Of a DNA stretch of 64,000 bases, positions 12,586 to 24,920 are shown piece after piece. The stretch's first letter is position 1; each line of letters opens with the position of its first letter. The DNA is from Octopus vulgaris (lineage: Eukaryota). The DNA lies in assembly GCA_951406725.2 (NCBI GenBank), contig OX597834.1, positions 44,516,001-44,580,000 on the forward strand, read 5' to 3'. A program made the position numbers and the translations under genes. The notes beneath the pieces were generated by a model. It made no database searches. It saw nothing but the letters and a program-made list of their open reading frames with translations, and was not told where the DNA came from.

Positions 12586-14414
12586 CCAATTATTACATCT
12601 ACAAGTATGCATGCATATGCATACACACGCTTATATATATGGGCATGTGTGTGTATGTGTGTGCATGTGCTTGAGCGTGTGCATGTGTGTGTGTGTGTTT
12701 TCTGTATGTATGTTTGTCTACTGGTGTGTTGATAGATAAAGAGAGAGTGGGAGATCCTCTTGTTTACATCAGGACAGACCCCTGCTCAAGTTGTACGAGG
12801 GAAAGCATCCATTTAGACGAGTGTCATCTGGATGCTTTGTTTGGGCCACTTTAATCGACTGAAAGACAAGCCCAGGGATCATTGTGCAAAGCATGTCCAT
12901 CACATCTACGAAGATATCACATCTTCTACGTCATATCTTCTACAAATATATCACATCTACTACGAAGATATCACACATCCATCAGTCCCAGTTATTTAGA
13001 AACACACAAAAATGCGTAGCTGCCCTCGTCCACTACTCAATTACTACTATAGCTTGTCGAATTCATTCGATGAAGCACTTTCCTATCGAATCATATATAG
13101 TTGCAGATACACATATATACACACCTGTATTCATTACATATCCTATATATAAACACACATATGCACACATATACACGCACTCAGAAATGCTTTTACATAT
13201 TGAGAGAGAAGAGGAGGTCACTTAATTATATACATATGTATAGATATATGTGTGTGTGAGAGTATATATATATATGCATATGCTTGTTACACACACACGC
13301 TACGCTCATATAGTAAGAGAAAAATGTCGAGACATAGATAGAAAGAAAGATAGATAGAGAGAAAGAGAAAGAGAGAGAGAGAGAGAGAGAGATGGAAGAG
13401 ATACTAATATGAAAATACCTTTACGTATGAATATAATTATCGCATTTTATTATTATATCAATTTGTATCTAACACTCTATACATGAAATACCATTTTATC
13501 GCATAATATTTAATAATTGTATTTTTGATTATCAACATTGTGTAGATTATATCTGCCACATTCAGGCTATTGTCAGAAAAATATACGACGAGATCGAAGA
13601 TTAAAAAAAATATATACATAACTATCAAACAAAGATACTATTTTAATTTGAAACAAACAATCACATAAACACACAAAAAAAACATATGAAATATATAAAT
13701 ATACAATGTAATCTTGCCGTTATTTCTTTTATATTTGTTTAATCAAACCTACGAAAGCAATCTAATTATGTAATTAAGCACTAATTAATGACAAAGAAAA
13801 CAGCTTTTAAAAGTTTGAAAACAAAACCACCAACAGTAAAAGTAGTGAATTACAAAGGGGGAATTTCTTTTCTTAAATATTTTTCTAACAAATTCTATCA
13901 AGAGAAATTATAATGTTCATGTTCATAAGATAGATTATTAATTAAGATAGCATATTTTTCTAACAGCAACGTAATTAGTGCCGCAAAAATGAACGAACAA
14001 ATCACACAAGTACATAGTCATACAGACATACTATCATATATGTATATATATATATACTCACACAGGCATACACACACACACACATACACACCCGTACGCG
14101 CTTGGTAGTATAATCATACATATGTACGTACGTATGTATTATCATATATGCATACACACGTGCGAACTCATTATTTACATATTCATATTCTTGTGGGGGC
14201 ATGTATGTAGGCATTGTATATGTATATGAGTGTGTGTGCGTGTGTTTGTATATGTTTGAGTGTAGTTATGCGTGTACATCTATCTATCTATCTATCTACT
14301 CCACCTCTCTGTATGTATCCATGTATATATGTATTTATATATACATAAATATATAAGTCTGAATGTATACAATTATATGCATATAATTGTTTTTCATATA
14401 AATTTATATTTGGA

Positions 14415-14460
<46 letters not shown>

Positions 14461-14546
14461 GGTGCTCCAGTATGGCCGCAGTCAAACGACTGAAACAAAT
14501 AAAAGAAGAAAGAAGAACGATAGATAGATCAACATACATATCTATC

Positions 14547-14623
<77 letters not shown>

Positions 14624-14785
14624 GTGTGTGTATGTATGTATATATTTATATTATCATATTCTACGAACTCCTATATTGGAGAGCTCAATACTTTCTATAC
14701 ATACCGATCCAGTGAACAATCAGAATTTTCTTACGATATGCAGTCTTTTTTCGGCTATTAAAAATGCCTCCTATAAATATATGCA

Positions 14786-14822
<37 letters not shown>

Positions 14823-14849
14823 GTGCGTGTCTGTCTGTTTATGTTTCTG

Positions 14850-15086
14850 TCTGGATGGCTCATCTTCAGTCGCGAATACCTCGTCACCAGAGAGATACAA
14901 TATGATCGACCGCTCGCCACTAAAGATTTTTTTATTCTCTGTTTATTTTCTCGTGTTCCTTTCTGTTGAAGAGCTTAGGCTCGAAACGTAAAAGACTTTC
15001 TCACCTTACCGAGCGTTAAACAAACACAACTGTTTGTTGTTTACACACCTGTCCACGTCATTTTTTGTTATTTTATAAATTCCAAC
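14850..15086 (+). mobile_element. Short hammerhead-bearing repeat, copy 2 (longer 5' part)
   Basis: Homologous to 10851-11013 from about 14930. Flanked by TG/TA microsatellites. 5' boundary uncertain. Confidence 0.65.
14959..14994 (+). ncRNA. Minimal hammerhead-like motif, variant core CUGUUGA
   Basis: cttt CTGTTGA a gagc ttag gctc GAAA cg T A aaag. Confidence 0.55.
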
Positions 15087-15097
15087 TATATATGTGT

Positions 15098-15134
<37 letters not shown>

Positions 15135-15189
15135 TGTGAGTGTGTATGTTTGTACATATTTATGCAGAGAGATTTAAAAAGCCCATCGA

Positions 15190-15430
15190 ATGCGTGTGTT
15201 TGTGTGTGTGTATTGATGTCTTCACGTCTCTGTCCCCCACCACTGATTGACAGCCGGAGTTTATTTGTTTACCTGCCCATATACTCGTGCTTCGGCCCAA
15301 ATTGACCGAGGGAGTATGTACCAAGCAGAGGGAAAAATAAGTACTGATGTCTGCTTGTTCAACTAAACTATTCAATGAGATGATCCAGCTTGGTCACGCT
15401 CTAATTACTGAAACAAGTAAAGGTTAAAAG
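15190..15430 (+). mobile_element. Old diverged SINE A-related 3' half
   Basis: TGACAGCCGG...TAAGTACT...ACTGAAACAAGTAAAAG is colinear with the family A tail. Confidence 0.55.
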
Positions 15431-15743
15431 GTAAAAATATGTACTTATTAAAATTAACACCTGTAGGATCAGTGATGAATTTATAAGACGTTATAAGTGT
15501 TATTTAAAAATACTTTATAAATTTGAAATTATACCTTTGTAACCGTATACAAATCGGAGGATTTTCATAGCGTTATCAATCAATATGTCTAAATTTCTGC
15601 TATAAGTATTTTCATTTTCTCCCGCGCCTACTCTGGAAATAGACTTGTATAATTTAGTACTTCTCATTTGTAGCGTAACATGCTCCAGTAAGATATTTTT
15701 TCTTTATGTAATTTGTAAAATGTTTTAGTAGCTATTTAGCATA

Positions 15744-16048
15744 ATCACCTTGATCACCTTGACAGGACCAGTTTGTCAGGCGTCCATTTGACACCGCTGA
15801 TCACAGCACGCTGTCCACTCCTCTCTGGATCGCGCCTTTCTCATCAACGTGATCCCAATCATCCTCCTGAAATCGTAACTCCACCGTCCTGGAGGTCTTC
15901 CGGGTAGTCTTTTCCGCTCACGCGAGTACCACTCGACAACTGCGTGCGTCCACCGATTATCGGTGAGCCGGGCGACGTGTCCAGCCCATCTACATTTGCT
16001 GCGTGTATACTCTGCGATGACATCTCTCACGCCGGACTTCTTTCTGAT
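15744..16048 (-). mobile_element. RTE-clade LINE 3' end (ORF C-terminus and short-repeat tail)
   Basis: Translation KCRWAGHVARLTDNRWTHAVVEWYSRERKRLPGRPPGRW is the typical RTE C-terminal motif. Tail is (CAAGGTGAT)2. Confidence 0.9.
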
Positions 16049-16127
16049 GATAGCATAATAAGTTATCAATATATTAATATGCGAGAAAATACCCAATAGG
16101 CGCAGGCGTGAGTGTGCAGTAACCACC

Positions 16128-16473
16128 TAAAGACGCCCCCCCCCCTTCGGTCATGAATGACCATGGGATTGCACCTAGAAATTTACCCTCCTAGACACAA
16201 GTCCGGGCACGGTTGTTTATGGAAGACCAGCAGTCGCCCATGCATACCAGCCTCCCCTCTCCACGCCACCAGTGTTATCCAAGGGAAAGACAAAGGTCGA
16301 TACAGCTTGGCACCAGTGACGTTGCAACTCATTTCTACAGCTGAGTGAACTGGAGCAACGTGAAATAAAGTGCCTTGCTCAAGAACACAACACCCAGCCC
16401 AGTCCGGGATTCGAGCTCACAACCTCACGATCGTAAGCTCGACGCTCTAACCACTGAGCCATGCGCCTTCACT
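16128..16473 (-). mobile_element. SINE family E with 10-bp target-site duplication
   Basis: A box TGGCTCAGTGG and B box GCTCGAATCCC. Central part shared with family D but a different tail. AGTAACCACC at 16118-16127 and 16474-16483. Confidence 0.9.
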
Positions 16474-16486
16474 AGTAACCACCAGC

Positions 16487-16766
<280 letters not shown>

Positions 16767-16879
16767 ATCCAGTTTTGTAATAAATCTATTTCTGATTCTA
16801 CATTTTGTCTCTATTTTTATACCTATAACGAAACTCCTCAAATATACATATTTATGTATGTATATCTCTGTGTATGTGT

Positions 16880-17075
16880 GCGCGTGCGTGTCTTCTTTGT
16901 ATCTGTGTTGGTCTGTTTACGTCCTCGTAACTTCTCGGTTCGGCAAAATAGAACGATCGAATAAGTATTAGAATTAAAACCAAAATAAGAACGAGTGGGT
17001 CACTTTGCTCAACCAAAACGCTTTAAAGCGGTGCTTCAGTATGGCCGCAGTCTATTGACGGAAACAAATAAACAA
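16880..17075 (+). mobile_element. SINE A-related 3' half, diverged
   Basis: GTTTACGTCCTCGTAAC..CGGTTCGGCAAAA...GCGGTGCTTCAGTATGGCCGCAGTC. Confidence 0.7.
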
Positions 17076-17243
17076 TGAGATGTATTGCAAAGTACTGAGT
17101 CTATTTTAACATCGTTGATTTTTATTCATTTATCGAAACAGACAGTCAAAGGCAAAGTTAACCTATGGATTTGAGCGTGTATGAAGGTGTGTGTATACAT
17201 ACATACATGCATACATGAACTGCATACATATGTATATATATAT

Positions 17244-17400
17244 AGGAGTGGCTGTGTGTTAAGTAGCTTGCTTACAAACCGAATGGTTCCGGGTTCAGTC
17301 CCACTACGTGGCACCTTGGGCTAGTGTCTTCTACTATAGCCTCGGGCCGACCAATACCTTGTGAGTGGATTTGGCAGACGGAAACTGAAAGAAGCCCGTC

Positions 17401-17460
<60 letters not shown>

Positions 17461-17700
17461 ATGTGTGTGTGTGTGTATGTAGGTGTGTATATGTTTGTGA
17501 GTCTATGTTTGTCCCTCTAATATCGTTTGAAAACGGATGCTGGTATGTTTACGTCCCCATACTTTAGCGATTCGACAAAAGAGACCGATAGAATAAGTAC
17601 TAGGCTTACAAAGAATAAGTCCTGGAGTCGATTTGCTCGACTAAATGCGGTACTCCAGCATGGCCACAGTCAAATGACTGAAACAAGTAAAAGCGTAAAA
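17244..17700 (+). mobile_element. SINE family A, full length
   Basis: A box, B box GGGTTCAGTCCC, CORE-like segment, internal (TA)n(TG)n and complete tail. Confidence 0.92.
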
Positions 17701-17743
17701 GTGTATATATATATATATACATACATATAGATATGTATATGTG

Positions 17744-17801
<58 letters not shown>

Positions 17802-19439
17802 CATACATATATATATGCATATACATATGCATGTTTGTGTGGCTGCATGTGCTTGTGCATGCATATGCGTTTTTGTGTCGCTAAATCATCTCCCATATAT
17901 TATTGAACTCGTGGGACCCTTTTTGTCACCTACATGTAAACTAATTTACCCCTTCGTCATGAATGTACGCTTGTCTATCATAATGCATGTGTGTGTGTGA
18001 AGGTGTATATCTATATATTTTAGTTTTCGCAACCCCCTAACAATTAATAAGTAGGCAGCAATTAATTAAAAGACACAGCCTTAAAATCTGAACATACTTC
18101 TTTTTGCTTTAGTTATTTTTTTAAACTTCTTTCTATATTTATTTTGGTGCCATTATTTTATTATTTTTTCCTCACTTTTTATATGTATTGTTTCGTTAGT
18201 TCCTTTTTTTAATTTTCGTCTGAAAAAAATTTTGCAAATATCATTTGTTTCCATTTTAATTTGTCACTCGTGGAATATTGTGAAATTATCATCATCGCCA
18301 TTATCATGATGGACAAGCAACAAAATCGATATCAAGAACAAGAACAGGAGGAAGAATAATACCATTAACAGCAGCTAAAATAACAAATATTGACAACATT
18401 GCAAAAAAAAACTAACATTATCAAGAGTAATAACATTAACAACAACAATAACAACAACAGAAATAACCCCAACACAGGAGCGGCGACACAGAGAGAAAGA
18501 AATACCAACAACAACAACAAAGAATTTACGAGTAAAACAATACGAAGAGAACATTGAATATTTACAGGAAAGTTAACAGAACAAAAATAAAATATAACAT
18601 ATTAACAGAAGGAAATAAAAGAAAGACAATAAAAAGTTTAAAAAAAAACAAAACAAAAGCAAAGAAATGAGGAAGAAGAAGGAGGAGGAGATGGAGGCTG
18701 TGTAGAAGGGTAAGTCAAAGAACAAATGTGAAATTATATAAATCTATGTGGAAAATCCTGCCAGAACATAATAGTTATTTGATTAGGACATTTTTGCTTT
18801 TTAGAATTTACTGATTAAATTTTTCTCTTATTATCATCTTAGCTGAAAATTAAATTTTAAAAGACTCAAATACGAGCAGAAATCAAAATAAGCACAATCC
18901 AACATCATTCCCACGCCAAACATTCTATTTGATTATTTCTTTACATTCTAAATTTTTGTATTTATTACTGTTGTTTATTTTCTTCTTTTCGTGTCTTTAA
19001 AACCAAAAAAAAAAAAACAAACAAAAATTAACATTTTCTTTTTTTCCAGTATTATTTTCCATCGATTTCTATGTCTTTATCCCTATAATCATTTTCTCTC
19101 TCTCACACACACACTCATATACACACACACTCCACAAGTCTTCTTCGCTTTCTGCTCTTGACCTTTCCTCCATCTAATGATGAAGGCGCGTTTAAATATA
19201 TTGCACACTTTTAGAAACCATATTTTGTTGTTTCTTTTTATTTTACGTTTGATAAGTTGTTGTCATTGGAATGCAGCCATGCTGGACAGCACCTTCATCA
19301 GATATTTAGCCACCCATATCGTATTTCATTGATTCGACCTCAATTGGTCAAATGGCTGCCATTCGTTTATGAGCCATTATAGACAGATCAATGTGAGATA
19401 AGCTGCAGATACTTTAACAAAACAGAAACATTTTACAGC

Positions 19440-19595
19440 TATTGGGTCATTCCATAAGTAATGCATTTTTAAAAAAAAATTTCAAAATTAAGATAAACAA
19501 AGTGCTTTTTTAATCTAAAATTTACTCTCCGACATTTTCTACAACGCTCTTCCATATTTCTGGTAGACTTGCAAGGCACCACATCTTCCAAAATT
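19440..19595 (-). mobile_element. mariner transposon 3' remnant with TIR
   Basis: Minus translation LASLPEIWKSVVENVGE*ILD* resembles a mariner transposase C-terminus. TA followed by TTGGGTCATTCCATAAGTAATG at the terminus. Confidence 0.75.
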
Positions 19596-19984
19596 TATAT
19601 ATATATATATATATATATACATGTTTGCGTGTGTGTGTATGTATATGTGTGCATGTATGAGTACGTACATGCACATATATTTTTCTGTGTATATGTGCAT
19701 GTACATATACATGTCTGTGTGAGTGTGTACGTATGTAGACGTTACGAACGCAGGAGGTTTTATGTCTATGTTTGTGAGAATAGGGGTTGCGTGTATTTTT
19801 TAGTTTTTATCTTTCTTCTTTTTTCTACCTATTAGAGTAAATTCCCTTTTATTCAGCGGTTTTTCAACTCATCTATTGCCATTAATAGCTAACGAGAATG
19901 CATCGTTGCAGTTCGCTCCAACATTCGAAACTCTGAGTACTATAATGGCAACTTACCGATTGTCCTAAATGATATATACACACA

Positions 19985-20141
19985 TTTTTTTCTCTCCCTG
20001 TTTTTTCTTCTGTGTCCCTTTCTGTAGAAGAGCGTAGGCTCGAAACGTAAAAGAGTTTTTCTATTCCTAAGCGTTATACTAATACATCTGTTTGTTTTCT
20101 ACACCACCTATCTTCGTCTTTTGTTTTTTTCGTAAACTCCC
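19985..20141 (+). mobile_element. Short hammerhead-bearing repeat, copy 3
   Basis: Homologous to 10851-11013. Runs directly into a long (TA)n. Confidence 0.7.
20018..20053 (+). ncRNA. Minimal hammerhead-like motif, variant core CUGUAGA
   Basis: cttt CTGTAGA a gagc gtag gctc GAAA cg T A aaag. Confidence 0.55.
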
Positions 20142-20143
20142 TA

Positions 20144-20240
<97 letters not shown>

Positions 20241-20276
20241 ACACACACAGATGCATTTTTATATTATTTATATTTT

Positions 20277-20480
20277 TTATTCTTTTAGTTGTTTCAGTCA
20301 TTTGACCGCGGTCATGCTGGAGTACAGCTTTTAGTCGAACAAATCAACCAAAGGACTTATTCTTTGTAAGCCTGATACTTGTTCTATCGGACTCTTTGGC
20401 CTAACCACTAGGTTACAGGGACGTAAACACACCAACATCGGTTGTCAAGTGATGCTGATGGGGACAACCACAGACACAGA
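20277..20480 (-). mobile_element. SINE family A, 3' half
   Basis: Reverse complement of the family A tail. Confidence 0.85.
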
Positions 20481-20884
20481 AGCACCCCCCCACACACACA
20501 CACATGTATATATATATACATATAAAAGTAAATATACAACCGAAAGGGCTACTAATAGTTTTAAGCTATTATGCTACTTGAATAGGCATATTTATAAAAT
20601 ACGCCATGTATCATTAAGCAATCTTTTAAGCTCTGCCATGCGCTGTCTATGCATATATATGTATACGTGTGCGTGTGTGTGTGTGTGTGTGTATGTATAC
20701 GTATGTGTGTCTATGTATGTATCTGTGTGTGTTCAGGCATATATTGGTTCCAGAAGTATACCCATCTTGCGAACTGGCTAATTCCTATCCAAATGATTCT
20801 CACGATAAATAGAATATGTAAATTTATATATATATATACATACATATATTTATGTGCGCATACGAATATATATATATACGTACA

Positions 20885-20931
<47 letters not shown>

Positions 20932-21697
20932 CTGCTTATATATATAATAATTTACGTGTGTCTGTGGTGGTGAGTTTGTGTGCTAACGTCACCTCACACC
21001 TTTGTATATGAGTGTGGATTTCTCTTGACATATATGTATCAATACAAACAACACATAAATACGTATTTCTCTTAGTATGTTCAGATATGCTTACATTTAT
21101 GTGGTCTGTTGGTCTCGTCAATGCTGTCACATTTTCTAATATTATGGAGTGTTTGTGAAATGTAATTTCCGTTAGTCTGGCGCCAACATACACATACTTT
21201 CTGAATTACGATGAGCTTTCTTCAAACAAATGGCTTCTCACTTGGCTTGTTCGGGAAACAGATTTGGCTTAATATTGTTCTTGTTTTCACTATTCTGAAG
21301 ACTGTTGTTATGGACCTTGTCGCTGATTTTTCTCATTTTTATATAAATACATACATAAAAAAAACGACTATTGTTATTGTTGATATTTTTGACGGTGACC
21401 TTACATATTGTCATTCTCCTTGTTTACATACCATTCCGATGTGTTACGAAGTTTCATACGACTACGCGTGTGCCTGTATGCGTGTGTGTGTGTTTATGTG
21501 TGTGCATGAATATATGTACCTGAGTGCATACGTATATGTTTGTATTCATATATATTTTCTATGTGAAATGATTTGATGCATACAGACACACATATACACG
21601 CACACATACACAGATACATTCAGGTAAAGGTGTTTATATGTCCAATGTCTCAGGCATACATCTACGCATACTTACATACATATTGAGGCATACATAC

Positions 21698-21729
<32 letters not shown>

Positions 21730-22232
21730 TTTGTACCATATTTTTGCAAACTGATTGAGTTGTCTATGGTGTCTCGAAGAGGGTGGCTCCCACAATGTTC
21801 TAACGTTTCAACCAAGGTAAAATCGAATATAGGAGAGCTAGAGTTAAGAGCTTCACCGAAGGACAGCTGGGAGAAATTGTAGTCCGTGTAGACAATAGCA
21901 ACGTAGAAGCATTCAAGTTGAAACTTCGTCCAATAAATGGCCACACGAGTCCCCCATCCACCACCCCAAAAATTAATTACGACGTGCAGATTCGTTTTTG
22001 CATATGAATATGTATGTCCATTCGTATATATTCCTAAATATGTATACATACGTATATGTATATGTAAATACTGTGGATATATATATATATATATATATAT
22101 ATTTCATATATATATATATATATATGTATGTATGTGTGTGTGTATGTATGTAATATATATATGTATATATATATGTGTATATACATATATTTGCATATGT
22201 ATATATATATATATTTGTGTGTATACATACAT

Positions 22233-22539
22233 ATCACCGTGATCAGCGTGATCGACCAGGCTATCAGATGTTGCTACACATCGCTGGTCACAATGCGTTT
22301 GCCTTGTTTTAGTCTTCGAATGAAGCCAACCCACTGGCTAAGCGAGCAGGCCAACAGAAGAAAGAGTGAAAGAAAGTTGTAGCGAAAGAGTACAGCAGGG
22401 ATCGCCACCCCCTGCCGGAACGTCGTGGAGCTTTAGGTGTTTTCGCTCAATAAACACTCACAACGCCTGGTCTGGGAATCGAAACCACGATCCTACGACC
22501 GCGAGTCCGCTGCCCTAACCACTTGGCCATTGCGCCTCC
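22233..22539 (-). mobile_element. SINE family C, full length, RTE-type tail
   Basis: A box TGGCCAAGTGG and B box GGTTTCGATTCCC. Tail ..CATTGTGACCAGCGATGTGTAGCAACATCTGATAGCCTGGTC. Confidence 0.92.
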
Positions 22540-22590
22540 TTTAACAACTCTGCCAGCTTACTGCCTCGTATACATACATATATACATGCA

Positions 22591-23361
22591 TAATTAGGAT
22601 AAAGTCCTTAATTAATGATTTATCAATGGCTAGCGTACAAAAAAACCCGTCTAAGTTAAATTACTATTTAAAGTATAATTATAAATATATAATTGTAAAT
22701 AAGGGCGCTGGAAGGACAGCGCCTGTACGCCTGAAATAGATGTCAAAAGACTACAAGCCATTTAAGTTGCCACTCCGTCCATCACAAGGCTGTATGCAAG
22801 GAAAATGGACAAAAAATTGATTTATAAGAATAGTGTGCACAACCCTATACGTTAACCCTTTCGTTACCAACTTGGCTGAAATCGTCTCTGGCTCTGAATA
22901 CAAATGTCTTGCTTTCATAAGTTTTGAATTACTTCTACAAATACTAGTATATACATATATTTCACATATATATATACGAAACCCCATCGTCCATTTCAGC
23001 CATATGTGTATTTACTAAGAATAATACCACAGTAAATATGTTTACGGAGTGAATAAATATATATTTGTACATAATTAGGATAAAGTCATTAATTAATGAT
23101 TTATCAGAGGCCGGCGTACAATAAAACCATATAAGTTAAATTAATATTTAAAGTATAATTATAAATATATATATATTTATACATAATTAGAATAAAGTCA
23201 TTTAAGTACGCTGGCCATAGGTAACTTATTAATTAATGATTTTATCCTAATTATGTATAAATATATATTTATTCATTGCATAAACATATTTACTGCGGTA
23301 TTATTCTGAATAAATACTCACATGGCTGAAATGGGTGATGGGGTTTTACTACGAACTATGT

Positions 23362-23396
<35 letters not shown>

Positions 23397-23650
23397 GTAT
23401 TTCAGTGTACCCTACTGAAGATTGTAAATCAGTTTTAATATTGCAAAACATGAAATTTTAAGATACAGGGTTGTCCACAATATTTTTATAAATCTGTTTT
23501 TTGTCCATTTTCCTCTCATACAGCCATGGGATGAACGGAGTATTAACATAAATGGTTTGTAGTCGTTTGACGTCTATTTCAAGCGTACAGGCTCTGTCTC
23601 TCAAGCCCCTATATTTATAAATCATATATCTATAATCATACTTTAAATAT
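22591..23650. repeat. Cluster of direct and inverted fragments of one unclassified AT-rich repeat
   Basis: 22591-22690 recurs at 23072-23170. 22975-23120 is inverted at 23205-23350. 22670-22850 is inverted at 23465-23650. Confidence 0.8.
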
Positions 23651-23812
23651 ATATACATACGTACATACATATGTATGTATGTACATATATATGTATGAAT
23701 ATACGTACGTATATATGTAAATATATATATATATATACAAAATGTGACCACGTGTGTACCGTTGGCGATTTTTTTCCCTGTCTTCCCTTCTTTGGATCTT
23801 TCTTTCTCCTAT

Positions 23813-23847
23813 GTTTCCGACGAAGAGCTCCGCTCGAAACGCTAAAC
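23813..23847 (+). ncRNA. Degenerate minimal hammerhead motif inside a TA-flanked repeat (about 23740-23948)
   Basis: gttt CCGACGA a gagc tcc gctc GAAA cg C T aaac. U4 and U16.1 are both replaced by C. Confidence 0.55.
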
Positions 23848-23956
23848 CCTCCTTCTTTCCTTCTTTCCTGAGTGTCCAATAATACTATATTTGCTCCACG
23901 TCCTCGCGTTGTTGTGTCTTTTTTGTGCATTCTTGTTTGGATTAACTTTATATCTA

Positions 23957-23999
<43 letters not shown>

Positions 24000-24562
24000 A
24001 CAAAAATTCTATAATTATGAGGATAATTATAATTAGGGTTCAGCAAAATTTGCTTCACCACATACTGAAATTTAGAAATAGCAGCTAAAATACTATTCTA
24101 CTACCATAAGATATCTCCCAGAAAGCAATGCTCTACAAATCACGCAGGTAAAGAGCAGTACATACTTTCAGGAACAATACTAGTTTATTGATGTAGAAGA
24201 TAAGTTTTTCCCGTATGGAAGTCCCATAAGCTGAAAAAATGTTTTCATAGCTTATGGTTAGCAGCAGGGGTTGCTATGCATGCGAATAGAAATCCAGAAT
24301 TAGGGAATGAAGTAGATAAAAGTCAGACTACATATATTTCATAGCTAGTAGAACGTTGGAAGTAGCAATTATCCAAACGAGGGTTAATTCGCTAGCTACA
24401 CATCGGACCAAGAATACCTTAATTAAATGAAGTTAATATTGTCATCAAAGAAATTCGACTGAAAAACTTTCGATCGAAACTCCTGCTAGCTATGAAACAT
24501 ATGTAGTATGGATTCTGTCTACTCCGGTCCTCAGTTTTGCATGTACGCTGTTGCTTACTTTG

Positions 24563-24658
<96 letters not shown>

Positions 24659-24880
24659 TAGAAATATTAAACTTTTAAATATCTCAGAGAGATATAACCA
24701 GTGATGGAACGATAGAGCAGTTGTGTACTGTCAACTTAACGTGACAGTCCCATAAAGGGAATCACACCACCGCTATTTAGCCCTAGGAAGCATCAACGCT
24801 TTCTGTCGGCCTTAACACATTTCCTGTGTCCTTATGTTTACAAAGGGGAGACAAGCACCCCCATCCAGCTAAGCCTGCCA

Positions 24881-24920
24881 CCAGAGACTAGTTTCTGAGT
24901 CTTGCTCGTCATCAGTCTGG
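24881..24920 (-). ncRNA. Minimal type-I hammerhead ribozyme motif with intact core
   Basis: Minus strand: ccaga CTGATGA c gag caaga ctc a GAAA ctag T C tctgg. 5-bp helix I, palindromic ACTAGT helix III, GUC cleavage triplet. Confidence 0.75.

Noticed and set aside
22470-22539. tRNA-like sequences at SINE heads
   Set aside because: A and B boxes are present but there is no complete acceptor stem, and each continues into a SINE body, so they are not tRNA genes.
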